DNA of 53,650 nt from a virus (IMGVR_UViG_3300035161_000034:1-53650); one strand, 5' to 3'; counted from the first letter of the stretch, positions 8,170 to 16,471 are shown. Numbers and translations are program-made. Notes: generated by a model from the letters alone, not told the origin.

Positions 8170-8527
8170 AAAAGCAATGATTTACTACAAAGGCAAGACC
8201 ATGAGCCTTAGCGATCTGTCCCGGCAGGTTGGCATTCCACCGACCACATTGTATTCGCGCATCAAGCGCGGCTGGACACTGGAAGAAGCGGTCGCCGGTC
8301 GGCCCGGTCAGGAATTTGAGGTGCGGCGCAAGGATATTAAAGTGCATTACACCGGGACCAAGTACCCGTTAAGCACCGGAAAGCGGTTGAATCTGGTGGA
8401 GTGGTCAAAGGAGATCGGCGTTAATGTCAGCACGTTGCGCAGCCGGTCATACCGGCACTGGCCGGACAACGATATTATTGAAGGACGAGGGGAGGATTTG
8501 CGGGTTGCCAAAATGCGCGATGATTGA
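8162..8527 (+). CDS. tandem HTH-like DNA-binding protein
   Basis: GGAGG RBS; two G....L.(D/E).S...G....TL.SR....W repeats resembling C-terminal modules of phage HNH endonucleases. Confidence 0.7.
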   Translation: MGRKAMIYYKGKTMSLSDLSRQVGIPPTTLYSRIKRGWTLEEAVAGRPGQEFEVRRKDIKVHYTGTKYPLSTGKRLNLVEWSKEIGVNVSTLRSRSYRHWPDNDIIEGRGEDLRVAKMRDD

Positions 8528-8723
8528 CGAGATTACCATGATGATTTTATTTGCCAGCTACCAGTACACCTTATGTGCCTGTGTCACCGGCTTTTGTGTC
8601 GCGCAGTTTTATCAAGGCATGCCGGTGCGCTGCCGTGTTGCGCGGATTATCGCAGGCGGCTTGTTGTGGTGGCTGACCCTGCCGTGGCTGTTTTTTCAAT
8701 TGCGTCGCGGGAGCCGACAGTGA
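8520..8723 (+). CDS. small membrane protein
   Basis: Two hydrophobic stretches; overlaps both neighbours. Confidence 0.5.
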   Translation: MIDEITMMILFASYQYTLCACVTGFCVAQFYQGMPVRCRVARIIAGGLLWWLTLPWLFFQLRRGSRQ

Positions 8724-9250
8724 CGGAAGCCGACCTGATTGACGACAGCCCCCTGACGCCTGAAAAACGGGCATGGTTTAAACTGGAAACACGGCGGCTG
8801 ATGCTGCTGCTCGGCTCCATGCACATTCTGGAATCGCTAAAACTGCCGGAGCCGAAAACGGATAAGAAGCCGATTATCAAGGCGCGTCGCTGTGTCCGTC
8901 TTGAGCAGAAGCAAGTGGACGATATGAAGGCCATTATCCGACCATTGGTGGAGGCCAAGCTGCCGCAGCGGGAAATACTTGATGCGATTGAGGATGCCGG
9001 ACTGGACATCTGCAAGCGGACCGGCCTGACGGTATCGCAGGCCAAGCTGTATGACCTGATCGTGCAGGTCAAACGGGAAACCGGCAATTTCTACACGACG
9101 ATTGACGCACTCGGCCAGCAGATTTATGAGCTGCGGGAAAACGGTATGTTAAATAAAGACGTGGCGCAACTACTCGGCATTAATCCGGCCACTGCGTCAA
9201 CGACATACAGGCGATATAAATTCGGCCTGCAACAGGAGCAAAAGCGGTAA
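8720..9250 (+). CDS. HTH domain protein
   Basis: GGGAG then GTG8720; C-terminal IYELRENGMLNKDVAQLLGINPATAS HTH. Confidence 0.65.
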   Translation: MTEADLIDDSPLTPEKRAWFKLETRRLMLLLGSMHILESLKLPEPKTDKKPIIKARRCVRLEQKQVDDMKAIIRPLVEAKLPQREILDAIEDAGLDICKRTGLTVSQAKLYDLIVQVKRETGNFYTTIDALGQQIYELRENGMLNKDVAQLLGINPATASTTYRRYKFGLQQEQKR

Positions 9251-9279
9251 TTTATTCACTTCAACAAGGGGAACAGAGC

Positions 9280-9888
9280 GTGTTAAAGAAACTCGTCAAA
9301 GAAATCAAAAACCGGTACCATCAAAAATTATTCGCACGTCAGTTGCGCCGATCTGCCGCCGATAATTACTTTCACTATTTGACTGAATCAACACCTGACG
9401 CGGCGCAAGTGGCGCGTCAAAAAGAGATTGATGATGCGGTCAGTCGATTGATGCGGGATGAACCCGACACGCTGATACGGCCCGATCCGATTACCGATGA
9501 CGAACGGCAGCGGCTGCACGACTTTGCGCGGGATCTGTATGACCGGCATGCCCCTAAAAAGGTGCCGCATGCACCCGAGTGGTCACAGGCACCCGTACCC
9601 GTGAAGCGGCCCCCGGCGATAGACCCGGACACCTCGGTGTATGTCAAGAAACTGAACCCGATGACAATGGCGGATCACTGGGGGTATTACGACGGCACCA
9701 TGCCGATTGTGTACGCCTACCATATCAACCACCAGCATTTTATCGAGGTATCATTCGACCGCACCACCATGATGTGGTTTAGTGAACTACTTAACGTGCA
9801 TATGCCGGAAGAAGTTTTCGCCGGATGGATACCGGTATTTGTGGTGCTGCCGGAAGCCTTGCCAACCCAACCACCTGTGAGGGATTAA
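9280..9888 (+). CDS. hypothetical protein
   Basis: 202-aa co-oriented ORF with purine-rich RBS. Confidence 0.65.
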   Translation: MLKKLVKEIKNRYHQKLFARQLRRSAADNYFHYLTESTPDAAQVARQKEIDDAVSRLMRDEPDTLIRPDPITDDERQRLHDFARDLYDRHAPKKVPHAPEWSQAPVPVKRPPAIDPDTSVYVKKLNPMTMADHWGYYDGTMPIVYAYHINHQHFIEVSFDRTTMMWFSELLNVHMPEEVFAGWIPVFVVLPEALPTQPPVRD

Positions 9889-10197
9889 ATGACGGATACC
9901 GCGAACTGTGAACCTAAACTACTTGCCGAAGTGCATGACCGGGCGCGGCGTATTGAAACCAAACTCAGCCATTTGTGCGAACGGCTGGACATTGATCTGC
10001 GCGTCAAGCCGATCCGTATTGTGATTAAAAACGATACGTGCAGTGCATTGATACCCGGTAACGATGTGACGGTATCGGCGATCCGCAAGGCGTTGCACGA
10101 CAATCAACTGGTGCCGAATAAGGTGGGTGCGGTCGCGCTGTTTGACAGCACGGAAGTCCCTTACCGCAATATCGGATCAATTGAATTTCAGGAGTAG
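9889..10197 (+). CDS. hypothetical protein
   Basis: Abuts the upstream stop; GAGGG RBS. Confidence 0.65.
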   Translation: MTDTANCEPKLLAEVHDRARRIETKLSHLCERLDIDLRVKPIRIVIKNDTCSALIPGNDVTVSAIRKALHDNQLVPNKVGAVALFDSTEVPYRNIGSIEFQE

Positions 10198-10202
10198 TTA
10201 AG

Positions 10203-12608
10203 ATGGGCGAGATCAAACTACTAGCTTTCGATCTGGAAACTCCGCAGGTTGAGCCGAGTTATGGCCTGCAACCGTGGCGGCTGAAGACCGGTGAAGCGGT
10301 GATTCAGAGCTATGCCGCATGGTCGGAAGACGGCATTATTTGCGGCGCGAAAAAGCGGCCATCCGTTGCCCTGCTGCGGGGATTCTTGCAACTTGCCGCC
10401 GTCAGGGGTTACACGCTGGTCGGCTGGAATGTGCTGTTCGATGTGGCTTGGCTGGTCGCTGCCGGGTTAATGCCGGAATTGAAAAAATGTCAGATTCTTG
10501 ACGCCATGCTATTATTAAAGCACGTCGATCCGTGGCTGGACAAGGCGCACGGCGGACCCGGCTTCGGGCTGAAGTCGGCAGTCGCGCGAGCTTGGCCGGA
10601 ACATGCCGCGTATGCGGCTGAAGTCGATGTCACGCTGGTGCCTGAGACTGCGGAAGAATGGACGCGATTGCTGCGCTATAACCTCGACGACAGCCGCTTT
10701 ACCGGTCGGCTGGCGCGGGAATATCTCAACGTACTATCACAGTCTGAGATACAGAACTGCCTGATCGAGGCAAGTTCGATCCCGGATGTGGCGCTGTCAT
10801 ACATCAATGGCATCCACATCAACGAGGCGGCAATCAAACCGTTTCGCGAGCAGGTGCAGATCATGCAGGATGAAGCCATGCCGGTGTTCGGCGCGACGGT
10901 TGATGTAGTTCGATCCCCGAAAAAACTGGCCGAACTGCTGTTCGACAAGTGGGGGTACGAGCCGGTCGGCCAAACCAAGACCGGCAATCCGTCAACGGAC
11001 AAGGAATCGTTGATGAAACTGGCGATTGAAAACCCGCAGGATGAACGCTTTGCCGCGTTGATGAAACTGCGTAAGTGCAACACCAAAAGCAGCAAGTTTT
11101 TAGGTGGCGTAATCAAGGCAATGGAATACCACGGCGAACCGGTGGCACGACCAGCACCGGCGATTTCCGGCACGATGACGGGACGCTTTGTTTATTATTC
11201 GACGCAAGGCAAGAACAAGGGGCTGATTCAGACCGGCATCGCCCTGCACCAGTGGGAACGCGACCGCGAAACGCGCGATCTGTTGACCGCGCCACCGGGG
11301 TATCTGCTCGCGGAGTTTGACTTTTCCGGGCAGGAAATGCGCCTGATGGCAATCCTGTCGGAAGACGATGTGATGCTGGATCTGTTCGCCAATGGCGGCG
11401 ACGGCCATGCCTACATGGGTGCCAGCATTGAAGGCGTGGATTATGACTGGGTGCGGCAAAAAGCGGATGTGGATAAGAACGCCAAGGCGATCCGCAACCT
11501 TGGCAAGTTTTGTGTGATGGAAGGGCAACCGGTGCTGACCGAGCGTGGACTGGTGCCGATTGAAAAGATCCGGCTGAACGACCGGGTGTGGGATGGCGTG
11601 GAATGGGTGACTCATTCCGGCGCGGTCTATCAAGGAGAATGCGATGTCATGTACTACCAAGGAATCTGGCTTACCCCGGACCACTATGTCTGGTGTGAGG
11701 GACGACATGAGCCGGAAAGATTTTACCAAGCTGCATCCCAAAGGCTACAACTCACTCGTACCGGAAATGGTGGGCGTAAAATTCGGTGCGTGGACGATTG
11801 TATCCGACGAGATTACCCGCAGCCCGAACCATCCCCGCACCGTGCGGGTGAAGGTCAAATGCGGCGGGTGCGGCACCCGGCAATGGATTACGCTGTCCAG
11901 TCTGATCGACCACCAGTCGAAGTATTGCACCCGGTGCAGCGTGAAACGGCGACCCAAGGCGACGATCCAGCTATTCAATCTTTCCAAACCCAAAGTAATG
12001 TAGCCGTATGGGATATTACCAATGCCGGACCGCGCCGCCGTTATACCGTGTGCGACCGGCTGGTGAGCAATTCCAACCTGTCGTTGCAGTACCGGATCGG
12101 GGTGGATTCGATCATGTCCCGCGCGTTGACGCAATATAACCTGCAACTCTCAAGGCATAAGGCGCAGCATATCAAGACGACCTACCTGCAAACTTACAAG
12201 CAGGTGCCGCAGTACTGGCATCAGGCGATTAACCGGGCAACCATGAAGAAGTATGCCGAATCACTGGGCGGACGGCGCATCCCGCTGACCGATCTGAATG
12301 TGTACCAGCAGCAGCAGACCGCGATCAACTTTCCGATTCAGGCGACCGGCGGCGATATGAAGGCGCTGGCACTGGCGGTTTCGCGCAATCTGTTCGATAA
12401 TGACTTCATTTATGCATGGGATCTGCATGACGCCTTGTTCGTGTACGTGAAGAACGATCAGAAGGCAAAGGGGCGTATCCTCGCCATGCAGAAGATTTTA
12501 AGCCACCTGCCATACGGTGCGGCATGGGGCTGGCATCCGAGCATTGATTTGCCGGTGGACGCCAAGGTCGGCAGGACTTGGGGCACATTAAGCGCCGTAC
12601 AATCATAA
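10203..12608 (+). CDS. polA: family A DNA polymerase with 3'-5' exonuclease, intein-interrupted
   Basis: ExoI FDLET; TGR; motif A DFSGQEMR; motif B RNLGKF|SNLSLQY split by the intein; INFPIQ; motif C LHDA. Confidence 0.95.
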   Translation: MGEIKLLAFDLETPQVEPSYGLQPWRLKTGEAVIQSYAAWSEDGIICGAKKRPSVALLRGFLQLAAVRGYTLVGWNVLFDVAWLVAAGLMPELKKCQILDAMLLLKHVDPWLDKAHGGPGFGLKSAVARAWPEHAAYAAEVDVTLVPETAEEWTRLLRYNLDDSRFTGRLAREYLNVLSQSEIQNCLIEASSIPDVALSYINGIHINEAAIKPFREQVQIMQDEAMPVFGATVDVVRSPKKLAELLFDKWGYEPVGQTKTGNPSTDKESLMKLAIENPQDERFAALMKLRKCNTKSSKFLGGVIKAMEYHGEPVARPAPAISGTMTGRFVYYSTQGKNKGLIQTGIALHQWERDRETRDLLTAPPGYLLAEFDFSGQEMRLMAILSEDDVMLDLFANGGDGHAYMGASIEGVDYDWVRQKADVDKNAKAIRNLGKFCVMEGQPVLTERGLVPIEKIRLNDRVWDGVEWVTHSGAVYQGECDVMYYQGIWLTPDHYVWCEGRHEPERFYQAASQRLQLTRTGNGGRKIRCVDDCIRRDYPQPEPSPHRAGEGQMRRVRHPAMDYAVQSDRPPVEVLHPVQRETATQGDDPAIQSFQTQSNVAVWDITNAGPRRRYTVCDRLVSNSNLSLQYRIGVDSIMSRALTQYNLQLSRHKAQHIKTTYLQTYKQVPQYWHQAINRATMKKYAESLGGRRIPLTDLNVYQQQQTAINFPIQATGGDMKALALAVSRNLFDNDFIYAWDLHDALFVYVKNDQKAKGRILAMQKILSHLPYGAAWGWHPSIDLPVDAKVGRTWGTLSAVQS
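11511..12071 (+). mobile_element. intein, 187 aa, in polymerase motif B
   Basis: Cys1 CVMEGQPVLTERG; block B LTPDH; block F VWDI; terminal LVSN followed by Ser+1; removal restores motif B. Confidence 0.92.
11707..12003 (+). CDS. nested +1-frame zinc-finger protein inside the intein
   Basis: GVKFGAWTIV...KCGGCG...L....SKYCTRC; GAGG 6 nt before ATG11707; alternative ATG11644 has AAGGAG 6 nt upstream. Confidence 0.7.
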   Translation: MSRKDFTKLHPKGYNSLVPEMVGVKFGAWTIVSDEITRSPNHPRTVRVKVKCGGCGTRQWITLSSLIDHQSKYCTRCSVKRRPKATIQLFNLSKPKVM

Positions 12609-12619
12609 AGGAGAATAAC

Positions 12620-12820
12620 GTGAAAATACCGACTTTCAAGAACCGCCGCGCAGCGATTGAATTTTATACCAATGTGATCGAGGTATCGAAGGAAACCCGT
12701 AATGCGCTGGTAGAAGACATCCGTAACGGCATGTCCCGACCGGAAGTGTTTAGCGCGATCCGGGAAATGGACGGCCATATTAAAACACTAGAGATTGAGT
12801 TGGCACGATGGAAGAAATAA
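12620..12820 (+). CDS. hypothetical protein
   Basis: AAGGAG RBS, GTG12620. Confidence 0.65.
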   Translation: MKIPTFKNRRAAIEFYTNVIEVSKETRNALVEDIRNGMSRPEVFSAIREMDGHIKTLEIELARWKK

Positions 12821-13011
12821 CAGCGCTGTATTTACACAGCAAGGAGGAACATCGTACGCATCTGGAATATCGTGTATTATCATACGATAAGACGACAAAA
12901 CGGGGGCGGATTGTCGGATCGTGCAACACACCGTTCGAGACAGACCTGTCCGTTGAGACATTGAAGAAATACGGCTGGTATCTGGATACCAAACCGTACC
13001 CGAAAAACTGA
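12808..13011 (+). CDS. hypothetical protein
   Basis: Overlaps upstream stop; co-oriented. Confidence 0.6.
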   Translation: MEEITALYLHSKEEHRTHLEYRVLSYDKTTKRGRIVGSCNTPFETDLSVETLKKYGWYLDTKPYPKN

Positions 13012-13027
13012 TTTGGAGAGATTAATC

Positions 13028-13291
13028 ATGCCGAAGAAATATCCCCGTAATTACAAACGCGAACTGGAGTTGCAGAAAAAACGCGGCGACGACAAGAACA
13101 AGGCGCTGCGCATGAAGGCGCGGCGGAAGATGGTTAAACTCGGCTTGGTTAAAAAAGGTCAGGACGTAGACCATAAAAAGCCACTCAGCAAAGGCGGCGC
13201 GGCAACAGCCGTCAGCAACCTACGTGCGGTTTCACCCAGTAAGAACCGCAGTTTTAAACGCACCAGCAAAGGTGCTATCAAGGGAGACTAA
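13028..13291 (+). CDS. small HNH endonuclease
   Basis: DVDHKKPLSKGG...SNLRAV....NRS. Confidence 0.85.
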   Translation: MPKKYPRNYKRELELQKKRGDDKNKALRMKARRKMVKLGLVKKGQDVDHKKPLSKGGAATAVSNLRAVSPSKNRSFKRTSKGAIKGD

Positions 13292-13293
13292 CC

Positions 13294-13656
13294 ATGTCGG
13301 AATCAACTAAAAAAACACAGGAACAAGCGACTGAAGATTTATGGAAAGATGTTGAAGAACAGATTTATGAAAACCCGGAACAAATGCTGCGCATGCTGAA
13401 TTCGCAGTTGTTAAATACGGTCAATCTGGTTGAAAAGCTCACAATTGTTGTCGTGCAATCCTGTGATGACGACACGTTGAAAAAAACACTGGTGGAAGAA
13501 GCACTGGTATGCCAGCAGACCCGCATGGCGATCATAAAAAATCTGGACAAGTCATTCGAGGAACAGCGCAAAATTGGCCGTGAAGAAATGAAAAAGATTG
13601 CCAAGGCGATTCTTGAAGAAGTCAGGCAACCCAAAACTAAACACATGGCATCTTGA
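13294..13656 (+). CDS. hypothetical helical protein
   Basis: GGGAG RBS, tight packing. Confidence 0.65.
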   Translation: MSESTKKTQEQATEDLWKDVEEQIYENPEQMLRMLNSQLLNTVNLVEKLTIVVVQSCDDDTLKKTLVEEALVCQQTRMAIIKNLDKSFEEQRKIGREEMKKIAKAILEEVRQPKTKHMAS

Positions 13657-13665
13657 GGGTACGGC

Positions 13666-13974
13666 ATGAGTGATATTGAAGAACGGCTACAAAAACTGGA
13701 AGCGCGGAACGCCAAACTGGAAGTTGGCGTTCACCTGCTGATGTCGCATTTGCTTAACATGCAGGAGTTAATTCTTGACCTGACCGATACCTATGCGAAA
13801 GGTGTGGATGATTCACCGATACGCACCGAAATTATTTCCCGCAGTGTGCTATACCATGAAATAGCCCGAGCGATTAAAGAAAACCCGGACCTGAAATTTC
13901 TGGAGCAGCGCAGTATCGGTTTCGCCCAGTACAACCAGAAAGTCGATGAAGTACAAAAAGGTAGGCGGCGATAG
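13666..13974 (+). CDS. hypothetical helical protein
   Basis: GAGGG RBS, tight packing. Confidence 0.65.
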   Translation: MSDIEERLQKLEARNAKLEVGVHLLMSHLLNMQELILDLTDTYAKGVDDSPIRTEIISRSVLYHEIARAIKENPDLKFLEQRSIGFAQYNQKVDEVQKGRRR

Positions 13975-14244
13975 ATGCTTGAGACAATTCACGTATTAAA
14001 GCAGGACGACTCGATGTTTCAGGCCATTGTCGATGGCCGTATGCGAGCGATTAACCGTTTTAACGACCGCGATTATCAGGTCGGCGATATTGTCACGCTG
14101 CGCGAAGGCTCACTGGATAAGGGTGAGTTTAAACTCAGTGGCCGCACTGTCAGCGCGGTCATATCACATGTTGACGACTTCGGTTGTCAGGGGGGTTTTG
14201 TCACGCTGTCACTGGCGCGAGTCGGTATGATCATTGTGTCATGA
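13975..14244 (+). CDS. ASCH/PUA-like (DUF3850-type) protein
   Basis: IHVLK....FQAIVDG......R.NDRDYQVGD...LRE. Confidence 0.82.
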   Translation: MLETIHVLKQDDSMFQAIVDGRMRAINRFNDRDYQVGDIVTLREGSLDKGEFKLSGRTVSAVISHVDDFGCQGGFVTLSLARVGMIIVS

Positions 14245-14245
14245 C

Positions 14246-14464
14246 ATGAAAACCCTTATTACGATAGCACTGTGGCCGGTTTTGTTGGCTGGCATCCTAC
14301 TGGGCTTTTTGTTCAGTATGCTGGTTTACGCAGTGGTATCGGTGTTTCGCGATACCCGGCAGTTTGAAGCACGGGAGGCCGCACTTCGCGAGATCCGCTG
14401 CGCAGAATGCAGGCAGCAGGAAAAAGAGATTGAATATCGGCAGGATGTCGATAACTGGCAGTAA
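14246..14464 (+). CDS. small membrane protein
   Basis: Long N-terminal hydrophobic segment, charged tail. Confidence 0.55.
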   Translation: MKTLITIALWPVLLAGILLGFLFSMLVYAVVSVFRDTRQFEAREAALREIRCAECRQQEKEIEYRQDVDNWQ

Positions 14465-14492
14465 AACATTTAACGGCATAAAGGAGAACACC

Positions 14493-14672
14493 ATGAGACT
14501 ATTTCTATTAACAGTAACCCTTGTCGCTGCAACAATGGCTTTTGGCTTGGACATTGACAGCATGGACCGGGGATTTTACGACTATGACTTTGACGGTCGG
14601 CTGAACGATTACGAGCTTGATTTTATGCTCGATGACGCTAAACAGGCCGCTCGTCAGGACAACCCCTGCTAA
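14493..14672 (+). CDS. small exported protein with EF-hand-like loop
   Basis: AAGGAG RBS; signal-like MRLFLLTVTLVAATMAFG; DYDFDGRLNDYE. Confidence 0.65.
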   Translation: MRLFLLTVTLVAATMAFGLDIDSMDRGFYDYDFDGRLNDYELDFMLDDAKQAARQDNPC

Positions 14673-14683
14673 AAGGAGACTAA

Positions 14684-15043
14684 ATGACACAAGATGCGGT
14701 ATCACTGGATGCCCTGACGCAAAATATCGAAAAATGGGCGCATGACTGCAACCTGTTTGATGAAGGCAATAAACTCACACAGGGCTTGAAGCTGGTTGAG
14801 GAATTCGGTGAACTGGCCGCAGCACTGCTACGCGGCAAGAACATCGAGGACCATGCCGGTGATATGTTCGTCGTGCTGGTAATCCTGACCCGACTGGCTG
14901 GCACCACCATGTCAAAATCGGTGGCGGTGGCGTATGACGAGATCAAGGACCGGCGTGGCGTGATGCTGGACGGCGTGTTTATCAAGTCAACCGATGCGGC
15001 TTATCCGACGGCGCTGGCGACGATTGCCGCGCGGCAGACTTAA
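14684..15043 (+). CDS. MazG-like nucleotide pyrophosphohydrolase
   Basis: IEKWA....KLVEEFGELA....D..GD..VVL...AYDEIKDRRG. Confidence 0.88.
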   Translation: MTQDAVSLDALTQNIEKWAHDCNLFDEGNKLTQGLKLVEEFGELAAALLRGKNIEDHAGDMFVVLVILTRLAGTTMSKSVAVAYDEIKDRRGVMLDGVFIKSTDAAYPTALATIAARQT

Positions 15044-15127
15044 GGGGATTTATCTAAACACAACCAACAATACAAATGTGACAGATTAGCAAAGGAGCCT
15101 TTTTTAATTTTATTGGAGGCAGGTACT

Positions 15128-15679
15128 ATGAAGTTAATCAAGTCGGGTTTGGCATTGTTGGTTGCCATCCTGTTAATCAGCCCGGTGATGGCAATGCAGC
15201 CGATCATGCTGAAAGTAGATGGCGTCGGTCATATGCGTAACGCAGCGGTTCCGTCATTTCGTGGTGTCGGCACCGAACCGGCAATGTGCTTCGATCTGGC
15301 ACTGCTGGATCTGACGACCGGCAAGCGGATCGGTCGCGCGACCGACTGCATGTCGGAAGTGGTGCCGAACGAACAAGGCGGACTGGTGACGGTTGCCACC
15401 ACGACGTTTTTTGTGGAAGGTGGATCGGCGACGGTACAGACATTTGTATCGGTGCAGCCAGTGACACAACCGGGGCGTTTTATTGACCGTGATGGGCGTA
15501 ACTACACCCATATGTCCGGCGCGGTACGCGATCAGAGCAAGGTGATCGCAAGCACCGGCACGTTAAGCGGACTTTCCGGCACCGCGCGTATTTCCGGCCT
15601 GTTGGACATGGGCCATTTTAATCAGGTGGAAGGTGATATTGTTATCTTCAACTGCTTATTTGAAGTCTATTTGGATTAA
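15128..15679 (+). CDS. exported beta-barrel protein, possible dirigent/allene-oxide-cyclase-like fold
   Basis: Signal peptide MKLIKSGLALLVAILLISPVMA; beta-rich, STG.L.G.SG.A pattern. Confidence 0.6.
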   Translation: MKLIKSGLALLVAILLISPVMAMQPIMLKVDGVGHMRNAAVPSFRGVGTEPAMCFDLALLDLTTGKRIGRATDCMSEVVPNEQGGLVTVATTTFFVEGGSATVQTFVSVQPVTQPGRFIDRDGRNYTHMSGAVRDQSKVIASTGTLSGLSGTARISGLLDMGHFNQVEGDIVIFNCLFEVYLD

Positions 15680-15682
15680 CCA

Positions 15683-15702
15683 AACTGGTAGAAATACCAG
15701 TT
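15683..15702. repeat. 20-bp palindrome, copy 5 (GAAA core)
   Basis: AACTGGTA-GAAA-TACCAGTT, 3 nt after a stop and followed by extra Ts. Confidence 0.95.
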
Positions 15703-15745
15703 TTTAACCAGACGCCCGTAAGGGCGTCATATAAAGGAACCCCTC

Positions 15746-16429
15746 ATGAAACCGAAAGCATGGAGTTATTCGGCGCTGAACAAGTTTCTCAACTGCCCAA
15801 TGCAGTATTACGAGGTCAGTGTCACCAAGCGATTTGCCGATGACACTACGGAAGAAAACCTGTGGGGTGCGCGAGTACACGACGAGATTGACAAGCTGAT
15901 CTGCTTGGGCCGGTATGATATGGCCGGTGCCAAGGATCTGACCCCGGCGATGCAGCAGCATGTGGCGCGGGTACTTGAACCGATGACACAGTACGGACTG
16001 TTGATGTCGGAGTTGAAAATCGGCCTGAACCGCCGCTTGCAGCCGTGCGACTGGTTCGATAACAAGAACATCTGGCTGCGGGCAATACTGGACATTCTGC
16101 ATGTGCATAATGAAGTGGCAACGGTTTGTGACTGGAAAACGGGCAAGGTCCGTGCCGACATGAAACAGATGAAACTGTTTGCGCTGGTGACGTTCTGGAC
16201 CCGTCCCGATATTGAAGTCGTCAATACCCGATTGGAGTGGTTGAAGTATAACGACTGCACCGAAGTGGATTTTGACCGTGACGATGTGCCGATGCTGGAG
16301 GCGTCATTTACCGGGGATATTACCCGCTTCAGGCAGGCATTTGTCGAGGAACGCTTCCCGGCCAAACCGTCCGGGCTGTGCAAAAAATACTGTCCGGTAT
16401 TGTCCTGTGAACATAATGGGAGGGTGTAA
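15746..16429 (+). CDS. PD-(D/E)XK nuclease (Cas4/RecB-like exonuclease)
   Basis: WSYSAL..F..CP; G..VH; D.....DWKTGK; C-terminal C..YC....C. Confidence 0.9.
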   Translation: MKPKAWSYSALNKFLNCPMQYYEVSVTKRFADDTTEENLWGARVHDEIDKLICLGRYDMAGAKDLTPAMQQHVARVLEPMTQYGLLMSELKIGLNRRLQPCDWFDNKNIWLRAILDILHVHNEVATVCDWKTGKVRADMKQMKLFALVTFWTRPDIEVVNTRLEWLKYNDCTEVDFDRDDVPMLEASFTGDITRFRQAFVEERFPAKPSGLCKKYCPVLSCEHNGRV

Positions 16430-16471
16430 TGCAACAGAATGATATAACAACAATAACTGACATTGAAGGGC

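Noticed and set aside
2306-15702. 20-bp repeats as a CRISPR array
   Set aside because: They are separated by whole genes at irregular distances of 0.8-8 kb and occur in both orientations; there is no cas operon
15746-16429. Cas4 of a CRISPR system
   Set aside because: Stand-alone PD-(D/E)XK nuclease in a normal phage replication context
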